A stretch of DNA of 64,000 nucleotides from Gloeobacterales cyanobacterium (GTDB lineage: Bacteria > Cyanobacteriota > Cyanobacteriia > Gloeobacterales > PMM-0068). The DNA lies in contig JBBRSB010000013.1 of the NCBI GenBank assembly GCA_038245785.1, forward strand, positions 47,982 to 111,981, given 5' to 3'. The notes below the pieces were generated by a model that was not told the origin of the DNA, did no database searches, and saw nothing but the letters and a program-made list of their open reading frames with translations. Made by a program: the position numbers and the translations under genes. This document shows, piece after piece, positions 30,470 to 40,381 of the stretch (its first letter is position 1; every line of letters starts with the position of its first letter).

Positions 30470-30481
30470 GGTCGCCTATTT

Positions 30482-31789
30482 ATGACTGTGCAGCAAACAC
30501 AAGCAAAACAGAAACTCCCTGTCTCTATCCCGCGCCTTAAGCCTCAACGGAAGTTAGACCTTTTTGAAACGATCGGTCTGGCTTGGTCTTCGCTGCTGTC
30601 TAATAAGCTGCGGTCGATACTAACTATGCTTGGGGTGATTATTGGCATCGGAGCGGTAATCGCTATGGTAACGATTGGTCGGGGTGCTCAAGCACAGACA
30701 GAAAAACAACTCAAATCATTGGGCTCTAACCTAATCTTTGTACAAAGCGGGGTCGCTAACTTTGGCAGTGCGGCTTCTCAAGGAGCGGGTTCGGCCACTA
30801 CCTTAACGTGGGAAGACGCTAAGGCGATTGCTCGTACCTGTTCAGCGGTCAAAGAGGTTGCGCCCATTCTCAGTAATCGTTCGCAGGTTGTCTGGGCAGA
30901 GAGAAATACCAATACGTCTATCCAGGGAACCACCCCAGCGTATGTGGACGTTCGAGATTTCTTGCCTTTGACAGGACGCTTCTTTAATCAATCTGAAGTG
31001 GAACAAGCTGCTCGCGTAGTGGTCCTTGGTCAAACCGTTGTTGATAGTCTTGGCCTCACGCCTGAAAGTTCCTTAGGAAAGAGTATTCGTATTCGGGGAG
31101 AAGATTTTCTCGTGATTGGCACTTTGGAATACAAAGGTTCAGACCAATTCCGTGACCAAGACGATCAGGTTGTGATCCCGTTGACGACCATGGCCAGTCG
31201 CATTGTTGGAGTTAACGCTATTAACGGTATTTCCCTCAATAGCATTTCTGTTTCCGCTAAAAGTCCTGAACAGATGGATGCAGCTCAGTTTCAGATGACG
31301 AATTTGTTGAGACTGCGCCACAAGATCATCCCTCCATTGAGCAATGACTTCATTATGCGCAATCAGGCCGATCTTGTGAATGCATCTAATAATGTGGCGG
31401 GTATTTTTACTACCTTACTCGGCGGCTCCGCAGCTATCTCCCTCGTGGTAGGCGGTATCGGCATTATGAACATCATGCTGGTCTCCGTTACCGAGCGCAC
31501 CCGTGAAATTGGGGTTCGCAAAGCGATTGGGGCTCGACCCAGCGATATTCTCTGGCAATTTCTGATTGAAGCAGTGGTTTTAGCTATCACTGGAGGTCTG
31601 ATGGGAATCGCCCTCGGAGTGGGAGCCTCTGTAGTGATAAGTCTTGTTCTTGGCTGGCCGACCAATATCTCGATAGAAGCAGTTACTCTATCGTTTGGCG
31701 TCTGCTTAGCGATTGGATTATTCTTTGGCGTCTATCCTGCCCGAAAAGCTTCTCTCCTTGACCCGATTACGGCACTACGGAGTGATTAA
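30482..31789 (+). CDS. MacB-type ABC transporter permease
   Basis: LRS.LTMLGVIIG and GGIGIMNIMLVSVTERTREIGVRKAIGA. Confidence 0.94.
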   Translation: MTVQQTQAKQKLPVSIPRLKPQRKLDLFETIGLAWSSLLSNKLRSILTMLGVIIGIGAVIAMVTIGRGAQAQTEKQLKSLGSNLIFVQSGVANFGSAASQGAGSATTLTWEDAKAIARTCSAVKEVAPILSNRSQVVWAERNTNTSIQGTTPAYVDVRDFLPLTGRFFNQSEVEQAARVVVLGQTVVDSLGLTPESSLGKSIRIRGEDFLVIGTLEYKGSDQFRDQDDQVVIPLTTMASRIVGVNAINGISLNSISVSAKSPEQMDAAQFQMTNLLRLRHKIIPPLSNDFIMRNQADLVNASNNVAGIFTTLLGGSAAISLVVGGIGIMNIMLVSVTERTREIGVRKAIGARPSDILWQFLIEAVVLAITGGLMGIALGVGASVVISLVLGWPTNISIEAVTLSFGVCLAIGLFFGVYPARKASLLDPITALRSD

Positions 31790-31792
31790 GCG

Positions 31793-32488
31793 ATGATTCA
31801 GCTAGAAAATATTGTCAAAAACTACATTTTGGGAGCCGTGGAAGTTCCCGTACTTCGGGGAATTGATCTATTGATTGATCAGGGCGAATACACAGCGATC
31901 ATGGGCGTTTCGGGTTCTGGCAAATCTACGCTGATGAATATTATTGGCTGTTTAGACCGTCCTACTTCTGGTTGTTATCTCTTAGAAGGGCAAGACATCA
32001 CGGAACTAAGTGATGATGACTTGGCCGATGTTCGTAATGAGCGAATTGGCTTTGTCTTTCAGCAATTCAATCTACTACCAAGATTGAACGCGCTGGAAAA
32101 TGTGATGCTGCCGATGGTTTATGCTGGCTACCCCAAAGCAGAACGACGGGAGCGGGCCGAAGAAGTCCTGATTCAGGTGGGTTTAGCGGACCGGATGACC
32201 AATCGACCCAATCAGCTATCGGGAGGGCAGCAACAGCGGGTTGCTATTGCCCGTGCTTTAGTGAATCGTCCGGCCCTACTCTTGGCTGATGAGCCGACGG
32301 GAGCCCTGGATACGAAAACCAGTGAAGAGATCATGACGCTGATGACCAACCTCAATGATCAAGGTATCACCGTGGTGATTGTTACCCATGAGCCGGATGT
32401 TGCTCATCAGACAAAGCGAATGATTCGGGTACAGGACGGCCAGATTGTAGATGACGTCCCTGTGCTGAAGCCTACCCTCGCGCTTTAA
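31793..32488 (+). CDS. ABC transporter ATP-binding protein (MacB/LolD type)
   Basis: [29 protein letters not shown] and VTHE. Confidence 0.95.
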   Translation: MIQLENIVKNYILGAVEVPVLRGIDLLIDQGEYTAIMGVSGSGKSTLMNIIGCLDRPTSGCYLLEGQDITELSDDDLADVRNERIGFVFQQFNLLPRLNALENVMLPMVYAGYPKAERRERAEEVLIQVGLADRMTNRPNQLSGGQQQRVAIARALVNRPALLLADEPTGALDTKTSEEIMTLMTNLNDQGITVVIVTHEPDVAHQTKRMIRVQDGQIVDDVPVLKPTLAL

Positions 32489-32506
32489 GCTAAATTCAGG
32501 TGTTCT

Positions 32507-32788
32507 TTACTTGCTGCTGTAGTAGTAGGCAATATCTCTCTCTTTCAAAGGAGCAAACCCGGCCTCAACAAGCATTTGATCCAGTTCTGGCTGAGGGATA
32601 TGCTTGGCTCCGATACGGATAATCCGTGAGCGCATCGTATTGGACACACCGCTGCGCTGTCGGCCTGCCTCTAGACCCATGACTTTGCTGTAAAGATCTA
32701 ACTTGACCTGCGGGATTGGGGTACCGTCAAAGTCAATACCCTTGGCAATCGCCACATCAATTGCGTCAGCACCCGTAGTATCAGACAT
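32507..32788 (-). CDS. DUF4090 family protein
   Basis: GADAID.AIA.GIDFDG and RQRSGVSNTMRSRI.R.GAKH. Confidence 0.8.
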   Translation of the reverse strand: MSDTTGADAIDVAIAKGIDFDGTPIPQVKLDLYSKVMGLEAGRQRSGVSNTMRSRIIRIGAKHIPQPELDQMLVEAGFAPLKERDIAYYYSSK

Positions 32789-32915
32789 CTTCGCCTTGGG
32801 AATAAGTACAGAGGAATTTTATCAGCTCCCAGGGTCCTGCTGGCTTCTTGGGCCCAGAGCGGCTCTTCGAAGGCCAATGATTTAACCTATTAACATCGCT
32901 TGGATTCATCAAACT

Positions 32916-33689
32916 ATGTGCCAACTCTTAGGGATGAACTGTAATGTCCCTACCGATATCTGCTTTTCCTTTGAAGGTTTTTCTGCGCGAGGAGGAAAAA
33001 CCGATGAGCATCGCGATGGTTGGGGTATTGCTTTCTTTGAAGGCTTGGGATGCCGGATTTTTTTGGATGAAAAACCATCAATCACTTCTCCTGTCGCAGA
33101 ATTAGTGCGCCGTTATCCAATCAAATCAACCCATGTCATTGCTCATATCCGCAAAGCAACCCAAGGCGTGGTAGCCCTAGAAAATTGTCATCCCTTTCGT
33201 CGGGAACTCTGGGGACGTTACTGGGTGTTTGCGCACAACGGGGATCTCCAAGATTTTGAGCCCAAAAGTAAAAGTTTCTATCGCCCTGTGGGCAAGACCG
33301 ATAGTGAAAGAGCCTTCTGCCTAATCCTGGAAACCTTACGAAAATCTTTTCCCGATCAGAAACCGACCGTGGAGAAGCTGTACGTCTTGCTGAGAGATAT
33401 TACAAAAGACCTGGCATCTCAGGGAGTCTTTAACTATTTACTTTCCGATGGGGAGCACTTATTTGCGCATTGCTCCACGCAACTTCATTACATCGTGCGA
33501 CAAGCGCCTTTCGCGGCGGCGCACCTGCTGGATGAAGATGTCACCGTTGATTTTCAAGAACTGACCCGTCCTAGCGACCGCGTCGCTATTATTGTCACTA
33601 CTCCACTCACAGACAACGAAATCTGGACGACTATCCAACCAGGGGAACTACTGGTATTCCAGGATGGCTTGCCCCATAAATTTGAATGA
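32916..33689 (+). CDS. Class II glutamine amidotransferase (YafJ-like)
   Basis: N-terminal MCQLLG nucleophile, DGWG, AHIRKAT, NCHPF, AHNG and TDSE. Confidence 0.92.
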   Translation: MCQLLGMNCNVPTDICFSFEGFSARGGKTDEHRDGWGIAFFEGLGCRIFLDEKPSITSPVAELVRRYPIKSTHVIAHIRKATQGVVALENCHPFRRELWGRYWVFAHNGDLQDFEPKSKSFYRPVGKTDSERAFCLILETLRKSFPDQKPTVEKLYVLLRDITKDLASQGVFNYLLSDGEHLFAHCSTQLHYIVRQAPFAAAHLLDEDVTVDFQELTRPSDRVAIIVTTPLTDNEIWTTIQPGELLVFQDGLPHKFE

Positions 33690-33698
33690 GGCGGATAA

Positions 33699-33773
33699 AG
33701 ATCCCCCCAGCCAAAAAGTAATTTGAAGCCGTAAATGGTCTGGCTCCCCTTTGCAAAGGGGAGCGGGGGATCT
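33699..33773. repeat. Dispersed palindromic repeat / MITE-like element, copy 2 (between convergent genes)
   Basis: AGATCCCCC...GGGGGATCT termini, a shared GTAAATGG core and an inner CTCCCCTTTGCAAAGGGGAG hairpin. Confidence 0.8.
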
Positions 33774-33776
33774 CTT

Positions 33777-34769
33777 TTATTTTTGCACTGCTTCAGTTAG
33801 GGCCCTTTTTTGTTCAGCAGTTTCAAGACTACGAGCACGGAGAAGAGAAGCAACAACGGCTATGGCTAATACAGCAGCAATCACACCCAAAGAAACAGGA
33901 GTAGGTATCTTGTAGATGTCAATCATCGTCATCTTGACGCCGACAAAAGTAAGAATGACTGCTAGACCCATTTTCAGATAGTAGAACTTATCAATAACTC
34001 CTGCTAAGACAAAATACAAAGATCGCAAGCCCAAGATAGCAAAGACATTAGAAGTATAGACAATAAAGGGATCTTGGGTGACAGCAAAGATAGCAGGGAT
34101 AGAGTCTACTGCAAAGACCAAGTCAGTCGTTTCTACCATGATCAAGACGAGAAATAATGGCGTTGCCATCAATTTGCCAGCATGACGGACAAAGAAATGA
34201 TCATCTTCATAGTTTTTTGTGACTGGAATTAGCTTGCGCACCAATTTGATCACAGGATTACTTTCTGGATGTAGCTCTTCATCTTTATGGGTGAACATCT
34301 TGATACCCGTGAAGATCAAGAAAGCGCCAAAAACATAGATAATCCAGTGATATTCCTTGAGTAGCGCAGCCCCAGCAAAAATCATGGCGGCGCGCATCAC
34401 CAGAGCACCAAGGATTCCCCAGAATAGAACCCGATGCTGATAGGCTGCAGGGACGGCAAAATAACCAAAAATCAAGGCAATGACGAAAATATTATCAACA
34501 CTAAGAGACTTTTCGATTAAATAACCTGTCAAGAAAGCTAATGCTGCTTCACTATTGGAGTAACTGCTACCTGGAATTAAAGTATTCCAATAAAAATAAA
34601 TCCCTGCATTAAAAGTGAGCGCCAAAGAAATCCAGACCACACTCCAGACCGTAGCCTCTTTCACCGAGACCACATGCGATTTGCGGTGAAAAACTCCCAA
34701 GTCGAGGGCCAACATACCCAATACAAAAACGTTAAACCCTACCCAAAGCCAAATGCTCTCCGTTCCCAT
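33777..34769 (-). CDS. TerC/Alx family membrane protein (putative Mn exporter)
   Basis: GYLIEKSLSVDN.FV, QHRVLFWGI.GA and DLVFAVDSIPAIFA. Confidence 0.93.
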   Translation of the reverse strand: MGTESIWLWVGFNVFVLGMLALDLGVFHRKSHVVSVKEATVWSVVWISLALTFNAGIYFYWNTLIPGSSYSNSEAALAFLTGYLIEKSLSVDNIFVIALIFGYFAVPAAYQHRVLFWGILGALVMRAAMIFAGAALLKEYHWIIYVFGAFLIFTGIKMFTHKDEELHPESNPVIKLVRKLIPVTKNYEDDHFFVRHAGKLMATPLFLVLIMVETTDLVFAVDSIPAIFAVTQDPFIVYTSNVFAILGLRSLYFVLAGVIDKFYYLKMGLAVILTFVGVKMTMIDIYKIPTPVSLGVIAAVLAIAVVASLLRARSLETAEQKRALTEAVQK

Positions 34770-34834
34770 GACCTATACTCCTTCTTCTCGAGTTAGGCCG
34801 TGAGGGTGCTAGAAAACCCCACGGCAGTTACGTC

Positions 34835-34950
34835 GTGGTGGTCTTGCCAGTAGTGTAAAAAACACGTACGCCTAGCCGGAAGTTTCCTTCGTATTGACGA
34901 CTAAACGACCCATCAGGAAATTCCTGAGTTGGGTGGCTACTCCCCATCCA
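34835..34950 (-). ncRNA. yybP-ykoY (Mn2+) riboswitch
   Basis: The minus strand has GGGGAGTAGC ... CGTCAATAC ... GGCAAGACC directly upstream of terC/alx, the canonical genetic context. Confidence 0.9.
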
Positions 34951-35125
34951 AGAGAAAAGCATTTTTATGCTTCTTTACAATTTTAGCTCAGGACCCTAGT
35001 AGGTTGAGGGCGCTATTCTCTATTTACTTTATAGATTTTTATCTATGCTTCAAGGGGCGCGGCCCTATAGACTATATGTATGCCATAAATACAGTAATCT
35101 ATGGTCATTCCTCTGTGCTCAAGCT

Positions 35126-36004
35126 ATGCGTCTACGCACTACCTTTCTCTGGCTCATGACCCTACTCGTGGCTTCTCCAGCCTGGGCCTATCGCCCTCTA
35201 AACGGTGTTTCTCAAAATACAGCCAGTGCCCCCGTGATTACGCGTTCCGTCTCAACAAGCCTTGCTGACAAAGATGGAAAACTGGACTCCAACTGGGATA
35301 CGACTATTGTGCTAGAGCAGAAAGATGCTCGTGAGGTGGCACGAGTAGACGTAGCCTTTTCTTTACTGGGTAATCAAAATCGAACCATCCTAGTTCGCCG
35401 CGTGGTTTTACAGAGAGATAATCCTTGGAAGAAAGGAGAGCAATGGGAATATCGTCTCCAGCAGACCCATCTGGGCTGGCCAGGTGAAACTACAGTCGTG
35501 CAAGTCGTCTCGGTCGCTTTTACGAATGGAGAGACCTGGGATAGTCCGGAGAAGCCAGAACCAAAACTACAAGATGTGACTCCCGATGAAAAAGAAAATG
35601 CCACAGCGCCGGGAAATAGCCCAAACTCCACCTATGTTCCACCCATAGTTTTGCCCAGTGGGAGCGGAGGTACAGCAGGTAGTCCATCTTCAGGTGCAGG
35701 ATATGTCCCTCCTGTGCGGCCACGGGTATCCCCTGCTAGACCTTCCGGTGGGTTCTCTCGAACAGCGCCTACTACTACCCCACCTCCAGTACCATCACAG
35801 GCTCAACCCTCTGCGATTCCAGGGGTCTCTACTCCTGGATCAACGAGTAGCCCAAGCATTGGCACAAGCCCAAATACGAGTCCACCGCCACAGAATAATC
35901 CTTTTCCTGGAATAATTCTCCCAGGAAGTAGCACTCCAGTCCCTTCTACAACAACATCACCCAACCCAAAAGGCTCACCAACGCCTGAAGAACTGATGCG
36001 CTGA
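35126..36004 (+). CDS. Hypothetical secreted protein with Pro/Ser/Thr-rich disordered C-terminus
   Basis: Signal peptide MRLRTTFLWLMTLLVASPAWA and a low-complexity tail. Confidence 0.7.
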   Translation: MRLRTTFLWLMTLLVASPAWAYRPLNGVSQNTASAPVITRSVSTSLADKDGKLDSNWDTTIVLEQKDAREVARVDVAFSLLGNQNRTILVRRVVLQRDNPWKKGEQWEYRLQQTHLGWPGETTVVQVVSVAFTNGETWDSPEKPEPKLQDVTPDEKENATAPGNSPNSTYVPPIVLPSGSGGTAGSPSSGAGYVPPVRPRVSPARPSGGFSRTAPTTTPPPVPSQAQPSAIPGVSTPGSTSSPSIGTSPNTSPPPQNNPFPGIILPGSSTPVPSTTTSPNPKGSPTPEELMR

Positions 36005-36089
36005 GCCATTAGACGTAGGTTGCAGAGAAATAAGAATCTGGTGCTGATTGCGCTATATTACGCTCATTTTCTGCCGCATTTTCTCAGTT

Positions 36090-36425
36090 GGACTTAGCCA
36101 TGACTATGTTGCCAGTCGATTCAACCTAGCTTCTCTGGCTGGACAAAATATTCGTTTCCGCTTCCGTTAGGCTAGCGATTCGGTGGTTGCTAGTACTGGT
36201 TGGAATGTGGATGATGTTCGAATCTATACCTGTAGCAGCACACAGCCCAAACCAGCAGCGCGTGGGGATTTCAATAAGGATGGTCATCCAGATTTGCTCT
36301 GGCGAAATAAAGCAAATGGAATCAATGTTATTTGGCATATGAGTGGGGAGGGCAGTAACTATACCTCTTATGTCAATCCTCCGACCGTGGCAGACACCAA
36401 CTGGGAGCTCATTGCGCCTCGGTAA
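36090..36425 (+). pseudogene. 3' fragment of an extracellular protease-like/FG-GAP repeat protein
   Basis: Reads GLSHDYVASRFNLASLAGQNIRFRFR*ASDSVVASTGWNVDDVRIYTC...GDFNKDGHPDLLWRN, with an in-frame TAG at 36168 and no start. Confidence 0.7.
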
Positions 36426-36440
36426 ATCTCAGCCCAGTCA

Positions 36441-37082
36441 CTAATAGCCATGCTCCACCAAAAACTCCAGAGATAAGTCTGACTTCGCAGGTTCAGCTTT
36501 GGAAGCCAAGCCCATAAACTTCTCTACATATTTACCTAGTACATCTCCTTCCAAATTCACGGGAGTACCAGGAGCCAATTGTGCTAAATTCGTTTCTTCC
36601 CAGCTATGGGGAATCACCGCTACCGTAAACCAGGAGCCATCATCCGCACAGCGAGCCACGGTCAAACTGACACCGTTCACCGCAATGCTACCTTTAGGTA
36701 CAATGTAGCGCTGTAACTTTTTACTTTCAAAAGTCAATTCCCAGCTATTCCCCGTCTGTTCATTGGTTAGCAGGCACCCTAAACCATCAATGTGGCCCGT
36801 AACAAAGTGGCCTCCGAGCTTACCTCCGGCGCGCAAGGCAGATTCTAAATTGACCTGTGCTCCCCGCGTTTTATAACCCAACGTTGTGCGGCCCAAGGTC
36901 TCCGGAGACATGCTGGCCTTAAAAGAGTTGGCATCGTAGGCCACTACCGTCAAGCAAACACCATCCACAGCAATGCTGTCCCCGAGCGAAATATCGCTTA
37001 GGACAGCATGGGCGCTGACTTCCACAGTCTCCGACGTGATCTCTTGAAGAACCCCTAGCTCCTGAACGATTCCTGTGAACAT
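36441..37082 (-). CDS. ribE: Riboflavin synthase (alpha chain)
   Basis: MFTGIVQE, GDSIAVDGVCLT, VNLE.AL, GGHFVTGH and KGSIAVNGVSLT. Confidence 0.96.
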   Translation of the reverse strand: MFTGIVQELGVLQEITSETVEVSAHAVLSDISLGDSIAVDGVCLTVVAYDANSFKASMSPETLGRTTLGYKTRGAQVNLESALRAGGKLGGHFVTGHIDGLGCLLTNEQTGNSWELTFESKKLQRYIVPKGSIAVNGVSLTVARCADDGSWFTVAVIPHSWEETNLAQLAPGTPVNLEGDVLGKYVEKFMGLASKAEPAKSDLSLEFLVEHGY

Positions 37083-37137
37083 AGCAAACCAGGATAGTGA
37101 ATCAATAGGCTTTGTGGACTAAAGTAACTTTAGTCTA

Positions 37138-37353
37138 TTAATGCCGACTGACCTTATCTGCATCTAACTCTTTCAATCCCCAAGCCAGTGCTTCTAAGAA
37201 TGGAGAATGGGACATCATCTCCAGAAGATCATCTTCCTGAACTTCATAACCAACCTGTTCTGCTGCTTCCCGGACGGTCTTAAGCGCTTTAGGGTCTCCC
37301 TGCCATGCCTTGATGGCATTATCCATTGCAAGTGCGATGTAGCTTGTAGTCAT
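37138..37353 (-). CDS. Small hypothetical protein
   Basis: 71-aa ORF with an AGGAG RBS upstream. Confidence 0.65.
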   Translation of the reverse strand: MTTSYIALAMDNAIKAWQGDPKALKTVREAAEQVGYEVQEDDLLEMMSHSPFLEALAWGLKELDADKVSRH

Positions 37354-37515
37354 CTCAATGACTCCTTAGATCCTAGGATCTCAAAATCTAGTTGATGGTA
37401 GAAAACACGAATCCCGCTCGTTCGTCATTTGCTATCTCAGCATAATAACGAGCATATTTTTAATAGCACTCCCCGCCTACATTCTAGCCAGTCTAAAAGT
37501 TTGCGCAAGAGAGAA

Positions 37516-37543
37516 AAAAACCTGCCCATATTGGGCAGGTTTT
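37516..37543 (-). terminator. Terminator of ftsH (bidirectional-type)
   Basis: AAAAACCTGCCCA-TAT-TGGGCAGGTTTT. Confidence 0.85.
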
Positions 37544-37562
37544 CGACTACTTACAAAATCAA

Positions 37563-39404
37563 TTAAGCAACGGCAACGCTCTGGCGATGCGCTTCAATAA
37601 TCTCTTCCATTTCAGCCGCATCTACCGTTTCCTTCTCCATAAGAGCATCGGTAATTTTGTGCAAGAGAGGAAGATTGTCACTAAGCACTTGACGAGCACG
37701 GCGGTAAGCCTGGTCAATGAGCTTGCGTACTTCTTCATCAATAGCAGCTGCTGTTTCTTCAGAGAAATCCCGACCTTGGGTAAAGTCACGACCCAAGAAC
37801 ATATTGCCACCTTGATTACCAAGAGCAATCGGTCCTAGACGCTCACTCATACCAAAGCGCGTAATCATCTGGCGAGCCATGGAAGCGACCCGCTCTAGGT
37901 CATTAGAGGCTCCGGTAGTAACCTCTTTCACTCCATAGATCAACTCTTCGGCAATTCTGCCGCCCAGTGCAGTAGCCATTTGGTCCATAAGCTGGGCACG
38001 AGTCGTCATCTGCTCATCATTAGGGATAAACCAGGTGAGACCATTTGCCATACCCCGAGGGACAATGGTGATTTTTTGCACAGGGTCATGGTTAGGCATG
38101 AAGCGACCCACCAGTGCGTGACCAACTTCATGATAGGCAACCAATTTCTTGGTTTTGTCTGCGAGCAGACGAGACCTTTTCTCTGGACCGACCATGACCC
38201 GGTCAATGGCATCGTTGATTTCATCCATTGAAATCTCGGTCAGGTTACGACGGGCAGCTAGAATAGCGGCCTCGTTCAAGAGATTGGACAAATCGGCTCC
38301 TGTAAATCCTGGGGTGCGACGAGCAATACGCTCCAGGTCTACATTGACCAAAGCCTTGCCCCGCGCATGAACCTTGAGGATTTCTTGACGTCCCTTGAAG
38401 TCAGGACGGTCAACGACTACTTGACGGTCGAAACGACCAGGACGAAGTAGGGCTGCATCAAGCACATCAGGACGGTTTGTAGCGGCAACGATGATGATTC
38501 CAGTGTTACCCTCGAAACCATCCATTTCGGTGAGTAATTGGTTGAGGGTCTGTTCCCGTTCATCATTACCACCACCTAAACCAGCTCCCCGTTGGCGACC
38601 GACAGCATCAATTTCATCAATAAAGATGATGCAAGGAGCATTTTTCTTAGCTTGTTCGAAAAGGTCACGGACGCGAGCCGCACCAACCCCGACAAACATC
38701 TCTACGAATTCAGAACCAGAGATAGAGAAGAACGGAACGCCTGCCTCTCCAGCAATTGCTTTAGCCAGCAAAGTTTTACCTGTTCCAGGAGGCCCCACTA
38801 AGAGTACTCCCTTAGGAATCTTGGCTCCAAGGGCATCAAAGCGCTCTTGGTTCTTCAAGAAATCCACAACCTCTGCCAATTCCAGCTTTGCCTCATCAAC
38901 TCCTGCCACATCCTGAAAAGTGGTCTTGGTTTGAGACTCCATCTGAACACGAGCTTTGGACTTACCAAAATTCATGGCCTGATTACCAGGACCAGACTGA
39001 GCACGACGCAGTAGGAAAAAGAGCCCACCTAAGAGCAACAAAGGAAATAGGAACGTACTCAACATAGAGAGCACTTGTCCATTGTTGCTAGGAGAACTCA
39101 CCACCACATCTACGCCGCTAGTTTCCAAAATCTTGAGCAGATCTGGGTCCGCAGCGGGCAGAGAGACTGCAACGCGCGCTCCATCTTTAAGCGTAACTTC
39201 AGCCTTTGGACTATCCTGAGCAATGCGCACCATCTCCACCTGACCGCTCTTAGCTTTGTCGAGGAACTCGGTGTAGGAGATATCGGGCCGAGCATTGGAT
39301 TGGGGATTGAAAAAGGTCACGCCCAAAGAAACCACAACAATGGCCAGCAGAACGTAAAGTCCTGCGTTCCTTAAGTTGCTCTTCTTATCTTTGTTATCGC
39401 TCAC
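37563..39404 (-). CDS. ftsH: ATP-dependent zinc metalloprotease FtsH
   Basis: Two TMs, [21 protein letters not shown] motif and HEVGH zinc motif. Confidence 0.97.
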   Translation of the reverse strand: MSDNKDKKSNLRNAGLYVLLAIVVVSLGVTFFNPQSNARPDISYTEFLDKAKSGQVEMVRIAQDSPKAEVTLKDGARVAVSLPAADPDLLKILETSGVDVVVSSPSNNGQVLSMLSTFLFPLLLLGGLFFLLRRAQSGPGNQAMNFGKSKARVQMESQTKTTFQDVAGVDEAKLELAEVVDFLKNQERFDALGAKIPKGVLLVGPPGTGKTLLAKAIAGEAGVPFFSISGSEFVEMFVGVGAARVRDLFEQAKKNAPCIIFIDEIDAVGRQRGAGLGGGNDEREQTLNQLLTEMDGFEGNTGIIIVAATNRPDVLDAALLRPGRFDRQVVVDRPDFKGRQEILKVHARGKALVNVDLERIARRTPGFTGADLSNLLNEAAILAARRNLTEISMDEINDAIDRVMVGPEKRSRLLADKTKKLVAYHEVGHALVGRFMPNHDPVQKITIVPRGMANGLTWFIPNDEQMTTRAQLMDQMATALGGRIAEELIYGVKEVTTGASNDLERVASMARQMITRFGMSERLGPIALGNQGGNMFLGRDFTQGRDFSEETAAAIDEEVRKLIDQAYRRARQVLSDNLPLLHKITDALMEKETVDAAEMEEIIEAHRQSVAVA

Positions 39405-39508
39405 TGTATAAAACGCCCCCTGACAAATAGTTGATCAGCAAGTATTAAGTTTTTTAACCTTATCTCTCATAGTAGAGCTTCGAAGCCCTCCCTTCAAGAT
39501 TAGCTGCC

Positions 39509-40360
39509 TCAAAGTTTGGATGCCCCATGAAACCACTGCAGAAGTTTGTGCATGGGCCTCAAGTCTTCGAACGTTCTGAACGCGTTCAGAACTTCACCTC
39601 CTTCCGAAAACGTTGTGTCAATGATCCCGCGCACGGGCAGGAGTTCCACCACGCTGTTGCAATACCCAAGCGCTTGGAAACTGCTTTGGCGTTCTGGGGT
39701 GAAGGAAACTACAGCATGGGGAATTTCTTCATCAGTCAATTTGGCAAGTAGCTGCTGCCGAAAAATGCCAGCAAGACAACCCTCAGCGGGAGGTGTCAAA
39801 TACTGGCTCCCATCCCAAGCCCAAAGGTTGCCCCGACTGGTTTCTAACCAAATTCCTACCTCTGTCAGCAAGGCTTCCTGTGCACCGTAAGCTTCAGCTT
39901 TGCGCAGTGCCTGAAACGATACGAGGTAATTGCCTGTTTTTAAATGAGACCAACTCCGGCCTCCCTCCACAGATAGCAGCATCACACCGTTTTGCTGTTT
40001 CTTCTCTAGATCAGGCGGCAGCTCACGTCCTGTTACCAACGCTCTGCCATCCGATAGGAGTGTAATCCGCAAGACAGCATAGCGAGCAGCCAGCGTCTGT
40101 ACTCCAAGGTTTACCTGGTCCCAGGATGGAGCGTCCCATCCCAAAGTCCGAACCTGGCTCTCTAGACGATGAAGATGTTTTTCCAACGCTGTCACAGGAT
40201 GTTTCGGATTCTGCTGATAGATCCTAAGGGTGGTAAATACCGTGGCTCCATAGAGAAAGGCCGGATCGTCAATCGTCAGGCCCAAGGTATTTCCGGCAAA
40301 TAGTTGCCCCATCCACCAATACTGATGGACACAGGAGTGTCGTGGGTACATTAACGTCAA
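39509..40360 (-). CDS. Class IV aminotransferase (PabC/ADC lyase-like); start uncertain
   Basis: YGATVFTT, H..RL, KTGNY, ET..GN and L.GI.R. Confidence 0.8.
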   Translation of the reverse strand: MTLMYPRHSCVHQYWWMGQLFAGNTLGLTIDDPAFLYGATVFTTLRIYQQNPKHPVTALEKHLHRLESQVRTLGWDAPSWDQVNLGVQTLAARYAVLRITLLSDGRALVTGRELPPDLEKKQQNGVMLLSVEGGRSWSHLKTGNYLVSFQALRKAEAYGAQEALLTEVGIWLETSRGNLWAWDGSQYLTPPAEGCLAGIFRQQLLAKLTDEEIPHAVVSFTPERQSSFQALGYCNSVVELLPVRGIIDTTFSEGGEVLNAFRTFEDLRPMHKLLQWFHGASKL

Positions 40361-40381
40361 TAGTTCTCGTTCTATTTTGCT

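Noticed and set aside
4878..34769. A ter (tellurite resistance) operon made of two TerB-like genes and terC
   Set aside because: The genes are dispersed over 30 kb, and terC is the Mn-riboswitch/Alx type.
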